DNA of 64,000 bases, from IMG/VR virus record IMGVR_UViG_3300031221_000001, positions 1-64,000 of that record; one strand, written 5' to 3'. The stretch is from a virus. Shown here one piece after another: positions 36,278 through 46,351 of the stretch. The position numbers and the translations under genes were made by a program. Below the pieces are notes generated by a model. The model was not told the DNA's origin. It did not search any database and worked only from the letters and a program-made list of their open reading frames with translations. Position 1 is the stretch's first letter, and every line of letters starts with the position of its first letter.

Positions 36278-38002
36278 ATGGAGTTTAATTACGTCTCTAC
36301 GTCAACGCTAGGGGACTCAGATGATTCTAAAAAAGAATCTATTAACGAGAACCAACTAGGCGATCAGCTAGATGCAATAAAAAAGTCACGCCATCAAATG
36401 GCAATAGATGAAGGTAGGGTGCTTGAAAGAGCATTCCAATCGTCAGATCCAGACATATTGCTCAAAGCAAACAGTCATTGGGAGGACGTTCAGCAACGAG
36501 AGGGGAGTGGTACGAAATCTGACTTAGTAGACCCTAACGCATGGACCGATTCTGTAGGGTATAAAAGTAAGGCAGTCTCAATGTCTTACGGAATGCTTAG
36601 AAAAATGGCAATAACGCCAGTAATTAAAGCAATTATAAGTACAAGACAGACTCAAGTATCTGCGTTCTCATCTCCTCAAAAAAATAAGTACGAAACGGGA
36701 TTTGTTGTAAGGAAAAAGAAAGAGTTTTATACTGAAGAAGAGCCCAAAGTTTCTAATTCAGACAAGCAAACAATAAAAAAGATCACTCAATTCATAATTA
36801 GTGGTGGAGAAAAATCTAACGCATGGCACGGAGACAGTTTTGATAGCTTTTTGAAGAAAGTTACCGCAGATTCGTTGACAATCGATCAGGGATGCTTTGA
36901 AGTTGTAAGAAACAGAAAGGGAATTCCAACAGAATACTTAGCAGTCGATGGAGCTACCTTTAGAATAGCTGATAGCTATGACGACGACAAGTATAGTGAA
37001 GGATCTTCTACTAAAAGAGAAAAGATTAGAGGATATTACCCTTCATACGTTCAAGTAATTGATGGGATAATCAAAAACGAATACTATCCGTGGGAACTGT
37101 GCTTCGGAATACGAAACACTACGACTGACATATATGCTAATGGCTACGGGAAAAGTGAAGTCGAGGAGCTAGTAAGCATAATCACATGGATGTTGTACGC
37201 AGATTCTTATAATGGTAAATTCTTTTCGCAAGGATCAAGTCCTAAAGGAATGATTAAAGTGTCTAAAGGAATGAACCGTAACAGACTTGCAGAATTTCGT
37301 CAACAATGGATATCAATGGTTGCTGGAGTACAGAATGCATGGAAAATGCCAATCATTGAAGCAGAAAAAATGGACTATATCGACTTGCAAAAAAGCAACA
37401 CAGACATGCAATTTGCTCAATGGCAAGAATATTTGATTAAAATTGCATGTGCGATATTCAAAATTGCTCCAGAAGAGGTAGGATTTAATTTAGGGAATGC
37501 ATCTGGAGGCGGAGCAATGTTTGAAGGTAACGGAGAGGCTAAGATTAAATACTCTAGAGACAAAGGATTGAAGCCATTGCTCAAATCGATTGAATTCTGG
37601 ATCAACAAATGGATCGTCAATGCAATCGATGAAGATTTTGAATTTAAGTTCGTTGGATTAGAGGTTGATACTGAAGAAGCTGAAGTGGAGTTGGATATCA
37701 AAAAAGTAGGCAGCTTTATGGGATTCAAAGAAGCTCGAAGAAAACACAACCTTCCAGAAGAGCTTGAAGAGGGAGACTTTACACTAAACCCACAATACAT
37801 TCAAATGATTCAGTCAAGAGAAATGAAGGGAGAGCAAGAAGAAAACGGTCAAGCTGTTGAAGAAGAATTTGAAGAAGACTCATTGTGGGACAATTTAGAG
37901 ACCGATGATGAAGTGATCAAATCAATGTTTACGTCAGAACAGTTATCAGGACATCAAAACAATCCTATGATGGCAGATGCATTTAAAATGTTAATGGAAT
38001 AG
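36278..38002 (+). CDS. portal protein
   Basis: DSLTIDQGCFEVVRNRKGIP..YLAVDGATFR, GYGKSEVE, FFSQGSSPKG, DMQF..WQEYLIKIACAIFKIAPEEVGF. Confidence 0.93.
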   Translation: MEFNYVSTSTLGDSDDSKKESINENQLGDQLDAIKKSRHQMAIDEGRVLERAFQSSDPDILLKANSHWEDVQQREGSGTKSDLVDPNAWTDSVGYKSKAVSMSYGMLRKMAITPVIKAIISTRQTQVSAFSSPQKNKYETGFVVRKKKEFYTEEEPKVSNSDKQTIKKITQFIISGGEKSNAWHGDSFDSFLKKVTADSLTIDQGCFEVVRNRKGIPTEYLAVDGATFRIADSYDDDKYSEGSSTKREKIRGYYPSYVQVIDGIIKNEYYPWELCFGIRNTTTDIYANGYGKSEVEELVSIITWMLYADSYNGKFFSQGSSPKGMIKVSKGMNRNRLAEFRQQWISMVAGVQNAWKMPIIEAEKMDYIDLQKSNTDMQFAQWQEYLIKIACAIFKIAPEEVGFNLGNASGGGAMFEGNGEAKIKYSRDKGLKPLLKSIEFWINKWIVNAIDEDFEFKFVGLEVDTEEAEVELDIKKVGSFMGFKEARRKHNLPEELEEGDFTLNPQYIQMIQSREMKGEQEENGQAVEEEFEEDSLWDNLETDDEVIKSMFTSEQLSGHQNNPMMADAFKMLME

Positions 38003-38006
38003 CGCA

Positions 38007-38735
38007 ATGAAATCAATCAAAGATTACATACTAATTTTTATAATTGCAATGCTGGCAATCTTCTCTGGATATCAGTGGTGGAGAGCTAGTCAGGCTGATG
38101 ACGTAATCAAAGATTACAAAAGGTACGTGATAGAACGCGACACCTTAATTGAAGTGTCTAAAGGACAGTACAAAAAGATAGTCGACGATACCAAGTCAAT
38201 TAAAGAGTTAAATCAAACACTGAAAAATAGGAATGAGGAATTGTTTGAGGTGATAGAAGAACAGAATAAGGACATAGTTTCGCTAATTGAAATAACTCAA
38301 TCATTCAAGTCGAAAACCGATACAGTCTATGTTGAAAGCGACAACTCTTTTGTAGACTATTATCCGTCAAAACAAGATCCGTTTGTACAGTACACCAGTA
38401 GATACGTTTCCAGTAATAAAAGAATCGGTGAATGGTCTCTTTCAGATATAAACATAGACTTAGTGATTAGCGAAAAGATGCCAGGACTATTTGAGGCAGA
38501 TCTTAAAGGACCCTCTTTCTTAAAAATAAGCTCGCTGCAAGTAGAATCGTTGCCATTAGAAAACGTCAATCCAGATAATTTCGGATGGCTGTTGGGAGGA
38601 TCGTTGGATTACAATTGGACAGATCAGTCCCCAGCAGTAGATTTGTATGGAGGAGTGCGTGTTAAGAAAACTAACATATTTCTTAAAGCAGGAACTGACG
38701 CAACTTTAGGAGTAGGACTAATTAAAGAGTTTTAA
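38007..38735 (+). CDS. membrane-anchored coiled-coil protein (possible spanin-like lysis protein)
   Basis: N-terminal TM, coiled coil, C-terminal amphipathic beta strands ending in F. Confidence 0.45.
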   Translation: MKSIKDYILIFIIAMLAIFSGYQWWRASQADDVIKDYKRYVIERDTLIEVSKGQYKKIVDDTKSIKELNQTLKNRNEELFEVIEEQNKDIVSLIEITQSFKSKTDTVYVESDNSFVDYYPSKQDPFVQYTSRYVSSNKRIGEWSLSDINIDLVISEKMPGLFEADLKGPSFLKISSLQVESLPLENVNPDNFGWLLGGSLDYNWTDQSPAVDLYGGVRVKKTNIFLKAGTDATLGVGLIKEF

Positions 38736-38737
38736 CG

Positions 38738-38875
38738 GTGGCTAAGCGATACAAAGACAAGCCTAGATACAAAGCAATCAATGGCTATGAGAAAGAGTTT
38801 AAGAAGCAGTTTTCTAGCGTTTTAAGCCTTGCACTGAAAGACGTCGAAAAGAAAATGTATCAAATGATAAAATAA
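38738..38875 (+). CDS. 45-aa basic protein (GTG start, not in the ORF track)
   Basis: Fills the gap exactly; MAKRYKDKPRYKAINGYEKEFKKQF. Confidence 0.4.
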   Translation: MAKRYKDKPRYKAINGYEKEFKKQFSSVLSLALKDVEKKMYQMIK

Positions 38876-38901
38876 TTGTACTTTTATAAAAAAATAAATC
38901 G

Positions 38902-39867
38902 ATGGAAGAATTTAATGTTATAAAGCAAAACCTTCAAAGAAAATCTCAAATACTCAAGTCATTTGGATACGAAGATCCTGACACTATTGAAAAAGGAAAG
39001 GCTGCGAATGAGGGAGAAGAAAGAGAGTGGAATGGCAAAAAGTATAAGAAGACTGGAGGCAAGTGGATTCCAGTAACAGGAGATAAGAAAGGCAAAAGTG
39101 ATGACGGTAAAGGCGACAAGTCTGCTAAAGACGATCAGAAGAAGATAAAAAAACCTGTACAATCAGGAGAGCCTGGAGAAGTGAGCAATCACGAAATCGC
39201 TCAGATGTCTTATATGAAAAAAGTGATGGATGAGAGTCCAGAAAGAGCTTATGAAATTTACCAAGAATTGTCACCAGAAGCACAATCAAAGATTCCTCAA
39301 GATGTAGTAAACAAGATTGTTGAATCTGGAATGAGTGAAGGAGAAGATCCTGCAGCAAAAGTGTTTGACGACGACAATAAAGGCAGTGAGCAGTCATTCA
39401 AGTATTCAGACGATATGAACAGCTTCAGAGAGTCGGTTCGTCGAATGAGAAAGATATATAATACGTTGACAGATGCGCTCGAAGACGAAGTTGTATTAGA
39501 GCAGTTAGGATACGATAAAGAAAGCGCTCAAGAAAAAATTGGTAATATCTACAAGTGGATGGACGGTGCTAGAGAGCACAAAAAACAGTTAGAGAGCAAC
39601 AAAAAACAGTTAGAGAGCAACAAAAAACAGTTAGAGAGCAACAAAAAACAGTTAGAGAGCAACAAAGTGAGCACTCCTGCTGAAGCAGCTAAAAGGTACG
39701 ATGAGCTGAGACAGTCAATAGGACAGTCGATGCTTGAAGAGTTTACGAGTGAAGGAAACAGCGCTGAAGACGTAGATTGGTCATCGTTTGAAGATGAAAT
39801 GAACGACAGAATTGCAGACATGTTAGGTGAAGAAGGAATGGAGTTGTATGAAAAAAACTTCGAATAA
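38902..39867 (+). CDS. putative virion internal (cargo) protein
   Basis: RKSQILKSF, IEKGKAANEGEEREWNGKKYKKTGGKW. Confidence 0.55.
   Translation: MEEFNVIKQNLQRKSQILKSFGYEDPDTIEKGKAANEGEEREWNGKKYKKTGGKWIPVTGDKKGKSDDGKGDKSAKDDQKKIKKPVQSGEPGEVSNHEIAQMSYMKKVMDESPERAYEIYQELSPEAQSKIPQDVVNKIVESGMSEGEDPAAKVFDDDNKGSEQSFKYSDDMNSFRESVRRMRKIYNTLTDALEDEVVLEQLGYDKESAQEKIGNIYKWMDGAREHKKQLESNKKQLESNKKQLESNKKQLESNKVSTPAEAAKRYDELRQSIGQSMLEEFTSEGNSAEDVDWSSFEDEMNDRIADMLGEEGMELYEKNFE
39580..39663 (+). repeat. perfect 21-bp tandem repeat x4 (KKQLESN)
   Basis: aaaaaacagttagagagcaac x4. Confidence 0.95.
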
Positions 39868-40292
39868 TGCTGAAACAGCAAATTATACAGAGCAACATCT
39901 TTAAAGGATTTAAGGCAGAGATAAATTCTGCCGTTGGAGTGGTATTTGACAAATCTAACAAGATCCTAATAGGCCTATCAAATGACGACGATGATAGAAA
40001 TGGAAAGTGGTGCTTTTTAGGAGGAGGAGTCGACGAAGGAGAAAGTCCTTTACAAGCAGCAATAAGAGAGGTTTATGAAGAAGGAGGTGTCTCAGTTACG
40101 CCATTAGCGATATCAATGATCGTACATCCGTCAAAACCTACAGTAGGATTTTTTGTATTGAAATGCGATACAGATATGCCAGAAATGGTTAAGAACGAAG
40201 AGTTTGACGAAATGAAGTGGATTGAGGTGTCTAAGATACCAGAAACAATGCTTCCGTTGAACTTAGAAATATTGAAAATGATAGGTAAATAA
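39867..40292 (+). CDS. Nudix hydrolase
   Basis: GGVDEGESPLQAAIREVYEEGG Nudix box. Confidence 0.92.
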   Translation: MLKQQIIQSNIFKGFKAEINSAVGVVFDKSNKILIGLSNDDDDRNGKWCFLGGGVDEGESPLQAAIREVYEEGGVSVTPLAISMIVHPSKPTVGFFVLKCDTDMPEMVKNEEFDEMKWIEVSKIPETMLPLNLEILKMIGK

Positions 40293-41257
40293 TGATATTT
40301 ACGCCTCAACAGATCGTAGAAATATTACAAATCGTTGACAGATACACTTTAACGTTTGTAGCACATCACGTAAGTCCAGACATTTTATCAGATCAAGACA
40401 AAGAAGTGTTACGTTCAAGTGGTATCGACTTGACAGGAATTCCTATTGACAGATCTAACGTCACTCAGGCATTCAAGTTTGGAATTTTAAGCACAACACT
40501 TCAAGATCCTACAGTCAGGTCTATGAGCTATCAACAATTTAAGTCGTACCTGAGTAGTGGAAAAATGTTTAGCTTAAATCCGCTAGAACTTTCTGCATTA
40601 AACAATTTACAGTATCAAACATATAGAGATGTATCAAAACTGTCAGGGAAGGTCAAGGATGACATTACAGACACGCTAGTTCATGCAGACAGAAAGAATC
40701 ATACAGTCAAACATTCCAAGACAGTAACAGATGCTGCAAGAAGAGCTGTTGAAAACAGAAAAGGCGTTGCAGATATTGTATCGACAATAGGACGAAAAAC
40801 CGAAAAGTGGGATAAGGATTTAGGAAGAATAGCAGACTTCACATTACATACAGCATTCGATGAGGGACGCGCTATGGGATACGTTAAGGAGGGAGGAGAC
40901 CATGCGATCGTATATAAAGACGTGTACCCAGGAGCATGTCCTCACTGCATAAGAGCATTTTTAAAAGGAGGAGCAGGTAGCGAACCTAAACTATTCAAAG
41001 TTAGTGAGCTTAGAGCTAACGGAACCAATGTTGGAAAAAAGGTTGGTGACTGGCTTCCAGTAATAGGACCTCATCATCCATGGTGCAGGTGTACTTTAAT
41101 GGACACTCCTAGAGGATTTACAGTAGCAGACTACAATGCAGGCAAATGGTATTGGAATGGCAAGGACTTTGAAAGAGATATGAGTAAGTTCGAAAGAAAA
41201 GTAAATAGAAACAGTAAAGTAAACGTAACCGTAAACAGCAAAACTACACAAATATGA
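40292..41257 (+). CDS. MuF/gp7-like head morphogenesis protein
   Basis: RIA...AFDEGR, ACPHC, GPHHPWCRC. Confidence 0.8.
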   Translation: MIFTPQQIVEILQIVDRYTLTFVAHHVSPDILSDQDKEVLRSSGIDLTGIPIDRSNVTQAFKFGILSTTLQDPTVRSMSYQQFKSYLSSGKMFSLNPLELSALNNLQYQTYRDVSKLSGKVKDDITDTLVHADRKNHTVKHSKTVTDAARRAVENRKGVADIVSTIGRKTEKWDKDLGRIADFTLHTAFDEGRAMGYVKEGGDHAIVYKDVYPGACPHCIRAFLKGGAGSEPKLFKVSELRANGTNVGKKVGDWLPVIGPHHPWCRCTLMDTPRGFTVADYNAGKWYWNGKDFERDMSKFERKVNRNSKVNVTVNSKTTQI

Positions 41258-41463
41258 AAAGAGTGTTAATAGCAATTAAAGAATGGTGGAACAGAAACAA
41301 AATCTTGAAGCAAGAGAATCAAATTCTCAAGAACAAGTTAGTGCAAAGAGATCGTCAACTGATAATGGCATCAATCAACTACTCATCGGTTAAGGATCAA
41401 CTCTCTGAAGCACAGCAAGAGCTGATTGTGAAAGAATTACATATTGCATTGTTAAAAAAATAA
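41254..41463 (+). CDS. small coiled-coil protein
   Basis: Coupled ORF. Confidence 0.5.
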   Translation: MKRVLIAIKEWWNRNKILKQENQILKNKLVQRDRQLIMASINYSSVKDQLSEAQQELIVKELHIALLKK

Positions 41464-41545
41464 ACTTTTAGGACAGTTAGGTTGGTGACTTGTGTATGAA
41501 ATAGGTATATTTGTAACCAATAAGAACAGTTTAATAAACTTAAAG

Positions 41546-41833
41546 ATGAAAACGATAATCTTAAAATCAGCAGACAACTCAATCAAATCAGAAGTCAAAG
41601 TAGATATTTTTGCAACCACTGCAGAATTGCAAGTTCCAGGATTCGATACTAGATTTACTGGAATGGAAATTGTAGACGATGAAGCTGCAATTGTGGCAGG
41701 AATTAATGTGAGAAACATTGAATACAACTGGCAATCTCTAGTTGCTCTTGCTCAAGAAAACAACCTATCATTATTTGTAATAGATCTCAATGGATCTGAA
41801 AGTGGTCCGGTAGAAGTTGTGGAAGCTCCATAG
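41546..41833 (+). CDS. putative virion protein
   Basis: Follows a TATATTTG -7 element at 41506. Confidence 0.55.
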   Translation: MKTIILKSADNSIKSEVKVDIFATTAELQVPGFDTRFTGMEIVDDEAAIVAGINVRNIEYNWQSLVALAQENNLSLFVIDLNGSESGPVEVVEAP

Positions 41834-41835
41834 CA

Positions 41836-42621
41836 ATGCGTGATCGCAAAATGAATAGTAATCGAAAAATTGAAAGTATGTTTACTGGATTTTGGGGCAC
41901 AGTTAAAACACTAAAGCCCTCTCACATATTTATTGTTGTTTTATTAGGTCTATTAGCATATACTTTAATTAATGGAGGATTTAACTACTTAACTGAACAA
42001 TCGAAAAACAAGCTGAAACAAGAGCTTGCTACTGAAATTGTACAGCTACAAGAAGAAAATCGGAGAATTAAAGACTCAATAACTAGAGACAGGCAGATAA
42101 GAGAACAAAATCAAAGTAGAATTAATGTAGATAAGATTTACGAGTTGATGGACGAGATTGAAAGAAACATTCCGTCAGCAAACAGTATTTCAATATACTA
42201 CATTCACGATTCAGGTGGTGTGCCTAAAAGTGGTGTACCACTTAAAGCAACTGTCCTTTATGAAAAAAGAGACAAAGAGGTTCCTTCATTAAAAAAATAC
42301 TGGAAATCAGAGCCTATACCAGAAGGATTTTTCTACTACAACAAATTTATATATGATTACAGAGAAAAATACGTCTCAGACGTAACTCAAGAAAAGAAAA
42401 TTTACGTAGAAGAAACGATTGAATTATTGTCGAGATATAAGACTAAAGCTATGTACGGAGTGTTTATAGAACAAAGCACTGCAGGAACGTATTACTTGAA
42501 TTTCGGATTTCCTAAAACAGATCCGTTTGAAGAGGATAGATACATAAAATATCGAGTGTTAGAATACGCAAAAAGAATCAGGCCGTTACTTCAAGTAGCA
42601 GAGGCTTCAATACTAAATTAA
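41836..42621 (+). CDS. single-TM protein with coiled coil and soluble domain (T4 T-like holin architecture possible)
   Basis: One TM, then a large domain with IYYIHDSGG; functional call is weak. Confidence 0.4.
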   Translation: MRDRKMNSNRKIESMFTGFWGTVKTLKPSHIFIVVLLGLLAYTLINGGFNYLTEQSKNKLKQELATEIVQLQEENRRIKDSITRDRQIREQNQSRINVDKIYELMDEIERNIPSANSISIYYIHDSGGVPKSGVPLKATVLYEKRDKEVPSLKKYWKSEPIPEGFFYYNKFIYDYREKYVSDVTQEKKIYVEETIELLSRYKTKAMYGVFIEQSTAGTYYLNFGFPKTDPFEEDRYIKYRVLEYAKRIRPLLQVAEASILN

Positions 42622-42622
42622 G

Positions 42623-44191
42623 ATGAACAGTCAATTTAACACAGTCCTTTCAATCGAATTAATCAAGGCTAAGTCTAGTGGCGGCAAGTCTGTGATGAAG
42701 ATGAAAGGAATTGCATCCACTCCCTCATTAGATAGTGACGGAGAGTACTTAGATCCGAAAGGGTTCGAAGTTGAATACTTTTTGAAGTACGGATTTATGA
42801 ATTGGAATCATCAAACCAACAGTGATCCTTTATCTGTAGTAGGAAAGCCTTTATCAGCAAAGGTGAATCGAAATGGAGATTTTGAAATAGAGTTTGAGCT
42901 GTTTGAGAAGAGCGCAAAAGCTATTCAAATTTACGAGCTACAAAAGATTCTTGAAAATCAAGGAATGTCTCTAGGACTATCAATTGAAGGTAAGGTAATA
43001 GAGAGAAATCCAAAAGACAACAGGATAGTAACTAAGGCTCAAATAACAGCATGTGCAATAACTCCTAACCCAAAGAACCAAGATACAGTCACTTCGATCA
43101 TAAAAGGTCAAGGATTTAACAAACTTTCTGCATACGACGAAATGTCAGAGGAGGAAAGAGAAAAGGCATTGATGGCCGGAAGTAGTAGTGGATCTGCACT
43201 GTCTAAGGAATCTCTCAATGGGAGTGTTAAAGAAATTGAGAAAAAAACTTTTAGTAAAGCCAAGTTCTTTGATAAAGTTTTCAGAAAGTTACCCTCGATT
43301 TCTATAAGAGGTGCACAAAAGATGTACGAATTAACTTACAAAATTGAAAAATCATTAATTATGTCAGAAGAGAATAAACAAAAAGAAGGGTTCGTGTCTG
43401 AAGAGGCTATTCAGAAAGCACTTGAAATATTAGAGCTCCAAGAACCTGAGGCGAAACAAACGCCAGAAGGAACTGAAATGCCAGCAGCACAACAATCGCA
43501 AGAGTCTGCTGACCAAGAAGAAGAGGTTTCTGTTAAAGAGTCTAAACAAGAACACGCTCAATCTTCAGCTACTGAAGAAGAAGAGACTGAAGAAGAAGAG
43601 ACTGAAGAAGAAGATGTAGATCATAGAGACGCTGCTTTAGTAAAGGCAAGATTGACAATTGAAGAATTGTCAAAAGCGCTAGAAGTAAAGACGCCGTCAA
43701 AGAAAGATCCAGAGCCAGAGATTCAAAAGTCAATTGAAACAGAAACTCCTACACAGTCAGACAACGTATTGTTGAAAGGAATTGGTGAACTTCTAAAAGG
43801 TGAAATTAGTGGATTCAAGTCAGAAATTGATAAGAAGTTTCAAGCAGTTGGAACATTGACTAAGTCGATGACAGACCAAAACGCTGAACTTTTTAAAAGA
43901 ATCACTAACCTAGAGAAAGAGCCTCAGGGAAGAAAAAGCATAACCACACAATCGTATGTGGAAAAAAGCTTTGGAGACGGTGACATAAAAAAAGGAGCAC
44001 AAGAAGATCAGTTAAGCATCTCTCGACACAAAAGACAAATTTGTGATTTATTGACTAAGTCAATTACAGGAGATGAAGGAATTACTGATCAGAGAACTGC
44101 TAGTGAGATCATGGCTTTTGAACAAGCAGGTCACGTAAGTAAGGGCTTAATTCAAAAAGCAAAAGATTTAGGGTACGCACTAACCAAATAA
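42623..44191 (+). CDS. prohead protease fused to acidic scaffold domain
   Basis: KGIASTPSLDSDGE, NWNH, GLSIEG, CAITPNPKN; acidic C-half with many [ILV]xK[SAG] sites. Confidence 0.88.
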   Translation: MNSQFNTVLSIELIKAKSSGGKSVMKMKGIASTPSLDSDGEYLDPKGFEVEYFLKYGFMNWNHQTNSDPLSVVGKPLSAKVNRNGDFEIEFELFEKSAKAIQIYELQKILENQGMSLGLSIEGKVIERNPKDNRIVTKAQITACAITPNPKNQDTVTSIIKGQGFNKLSAYDEMSEEEREKALMAGSSSGSALSKESLNGSVKEIEKKTFSKAKFFDKVFRKLPSISIRGAQKMYELTYKIEKSLIMSEENKQKEGFVSEEAIQKALEILELQEPEAKQTPEGTEMPAAQQSQESADQEEEVSVKESKQEHAQSSATEEEETEEEETEEEDVDHRDAALVKARLTIEELSKALEVKTPSKKDPEPEIQKSIETETPTQSDNVLLKGIGELLKGEISGFKSEIDKKFQAVGTLTKSMTDQNAELFKRITNLEKEPQGRKSITTQSYVEKSFGDGDIKKGAQEDQLSISRHKRQICDLLTKSITGDEGITDQRTASEIMAFEQAGHVSKGLIQKAKDLGYALTK

Positions 44192-44273
44192 GAGTACCTT
44201 TATCAAAAATATTAAAGACTGTATAAATTAACTGAATGATTGGAAGCAAAAACTTTAATAAAACAAATTACCA

Positions 44274-45800
44274 ATGGAAAACATGTCAGTAAATCTTGCA
44301 GACTATCAGCACGGTTCTGGTTTTGGTGATTCAGCAATGAATCAAGCTAACCTAAGCACTGAACAACTTAGTGAGTTAAACAAAGCACTTGAAGCAGGAC
44401 AACTGCAAGGTGGTGATTTAACTGGAGATCAGTCAAGTGGTGGAGCACTAAAAACAGAAAGCCTCGAAAGCTCTTTAAAACTTATCACCTTCAAAGAAAG
44501 TGATATTCGTTTTTGGAAACGCTTTCCTAAAAGTGCTGCATTCAACACAGTTGAAGAGTATAATCAATTAACTAGCTACGGTACCGATCGTGGAGGATTC
44601 AACAACGAAGGCGAACTGCCCGAAGAAGAAGACTCTAATTACATACGTAAGGCTGAGCACGTCAAGTACTTAGGCGTAACGAAGTCTGTGACTCACCAAA
44701 TGCAGTTAGTGAACACTAACATCGGATCTGTTATTCAGAGAGAGACTACAAACGGAATTATGTGGATCTTGAGAAAAGCAGACAGAGCCTTATTTCACGG
44801 AGACTCAGAGGTCGTAGGTCAAGAGTGGAATGGTCTATATGCACAGCATATGAACAACGATCAGTACGCAAACCTAGACGAGTATATGGACTCTGATTTA
44901 GTGATCGACTTACGTGGCAAGACACTAAAACAAACCGATCTTGAGAGAGGGTCTCAAACACTATTGAACAAATTTGCACAAGCAGACTTGTTAGTGGCTC
45001 CTCCAGTTGTACTTTCTGATTTCGCTACAGGATTTTATGACAAGCAACGTGTTATGCTTGGAGGTGGTGCGAACAACACCAACACAACTTCTGGACAGCA
45101 CATGAGCAACTTCCAGTCTATGTACGGGAAGATAGAGTTTGAATACGATATTTTCGCTGCAAAATCTCCAGCAAAGCTTCCAAGTGCAAACGCAACATCG
45201 CCAAAAGCACCTAGTGCACCTACTGCTGACGGAACAGCTCCAGCAACAGTAATTACTTCAGATGGATCAAGTAAGTTTGCTGATGGGAAAGGAGATTACT
45301 TCTATGGAGTAGCTGCAATGAACAGATATGGTGAATCAGCAATCGCTCAAATTGGAGGCACTGTAACAGTTGCAAACAATGACGACTCAGTCGATCTCAA
45401 ATTTGCTGCAACAGCAGGTCCTTATCAACCAAACGCTTACATCATATTTAGATCAAAAGTCAATCCAGGAACAGCATTTGCTAACACACCAATGTCTCCT
45501 ATCATAGTAATTCCAGCGACAGGAAACGACGTTAAGAGAGGATCTCTTGCTAACGGAGTTGATGGTGGAGCTGCAGGTATCGTAAGAGATAGAAACAGAT
45601 ACCTTCCAGGAACACAAGACAGTTTACTATTGCAAGCAGACACTGACGTGATTGAATTTAAACAATTGGCACCTTTAATGAAAATGCCACTTGCTAAGTT
45701 GAGTCCAGCCGATAGATTTATGGTACTATTGTATGGTACTCCTATCGTGTACGCACCAAGTAAAATGGTCAGATATATAAATATTGGTAGAGAATTTTAA
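44274..45800 (+). CDS. major capsid protein (SPO1/Twort-like)
   Basis: LNKAL.AG, GGALKTESLE, VEEY, EGELP, KYLG, EWNGL, VIDLRGK, LAPLMKMPLA. Confidence 0.93.
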   Translation: MENMSVNLADYQHGSGFGDSAMNQANLSTEQLSELNKALEAGQLQGGDLTGDQSSGGALKTESLESSLKLITFKESDIRFWKRFPKSAAFNTVEEYNQLTSYGTDRGGFNNEGELPEEEDSNYIRKAEHVKYLGVTKSVTHQMQLVNTNIGSVIQRETTNGIMWILRKADRALFHGDSEVVGQEWNGLYAQHMNNDQYANLDEYMDSDLVIDLRGKTLKQTDLERGSQTLLNKFAQADLLVAPPVVLSDFATGFYDKQRVMLGGGANNTNTTSGQHMSNFQSMYGKIEFEYDIFAAKSPAKLPSANATSPKAPSAPTADGTAPATVITSDGSSKFADGKGDYFYGVAAMNRYGESAIAQIGGTVTVANNDDSVDLKFAATAGPYQPNAYIIFRSKVNPGTAFANTPMSPIIVIPATGNDVKRGSLANGVDGGAAGIVRDRNRYLPGTQDSLLLQADTDVIEFKQLAPLMKMPLAKLSPADRFMVLLYGTPIVYAPSKMVRYINIGREF

Positions 45801-45819
45801 TCGCCAATCAACACTATTC

Positions 45820-45849
45820 AAAACCCGATCTAAAATAGATCGGGTTTTA
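45820..45849 (+). terminator. intrinsic terminator after the major capsid gene
   Basis: AAAACCCGATCTA-AAA-TAGATCGGGTTTT. Confidence 0.88.
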
Positions 45850-45896
45850 TTGTTTAATTTTATGTATATTTAGATCTAACTTAAAAACTGTAAACA

Positions 45897-46340
45897 ATGG
45901 CATTTATTAAATCCAACAAGATTGATGAAAGAGCAAAATCAAGAAGCACACCCTTCGGACAAATTAGCTTTGACGAGAAAGGTGTAGCTGAAGTAGAGCA
46001 GTCAGTAGCTGATCACTTATGTAAAATCTCTCCATCATTAACACTAGTGTCAGATCAAGGATCGAGCACACCAGAAACAGACACACCAGAAACAGACACA
46101 CCAGAAACAGACATCGCTTCAACTCCAAAAGTTGAAAACGCTATCCAAGAATCTGTAGAAGAGGAAAGCAAAGATCAGTTAGATGAGGTACGTCAATCAT
46201 TAGATCACAAATCTATGTCTGAAATTCGTCAAATTCTTAAAGACGCAGGAATAGAAGAGGAGGAGTTTGAAAAAGAAGAATTTAAAGGTAAAGAAGGAAA
46301 GCCTGCCTTAATCGAATTTGTAATCCAGAAATTGCACTAA
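45897..46340 (+). CDS. conserved post-capsid protein (TPETD x3 repeat)
   Basis: TPFGQISFDEKGVAEV; syntenic position. Confidence 0.6.
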   Translation: MAFIKSNKIDERAKSRSTPFGQISFDEKGVAEVEQSVADHLCKISPSLTLVSDQGSSTPETDTPETDTPETDIASTPKVENAIQESVEEESKDQLDEVRQSLDHKSMSEIRQILKDAGIEEEEFEKEEFKGKEGKPALIEFVIQKLH

Positions 46341-46351
46341 GAACAAATTTA

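Noticed and set aside
43571-46092. Short 15-bp tandem repeats (TEEEE x3 near 43571, TPETD x3 near 46068)
   Set aside because: Ordinary low-complexity linker expansions.
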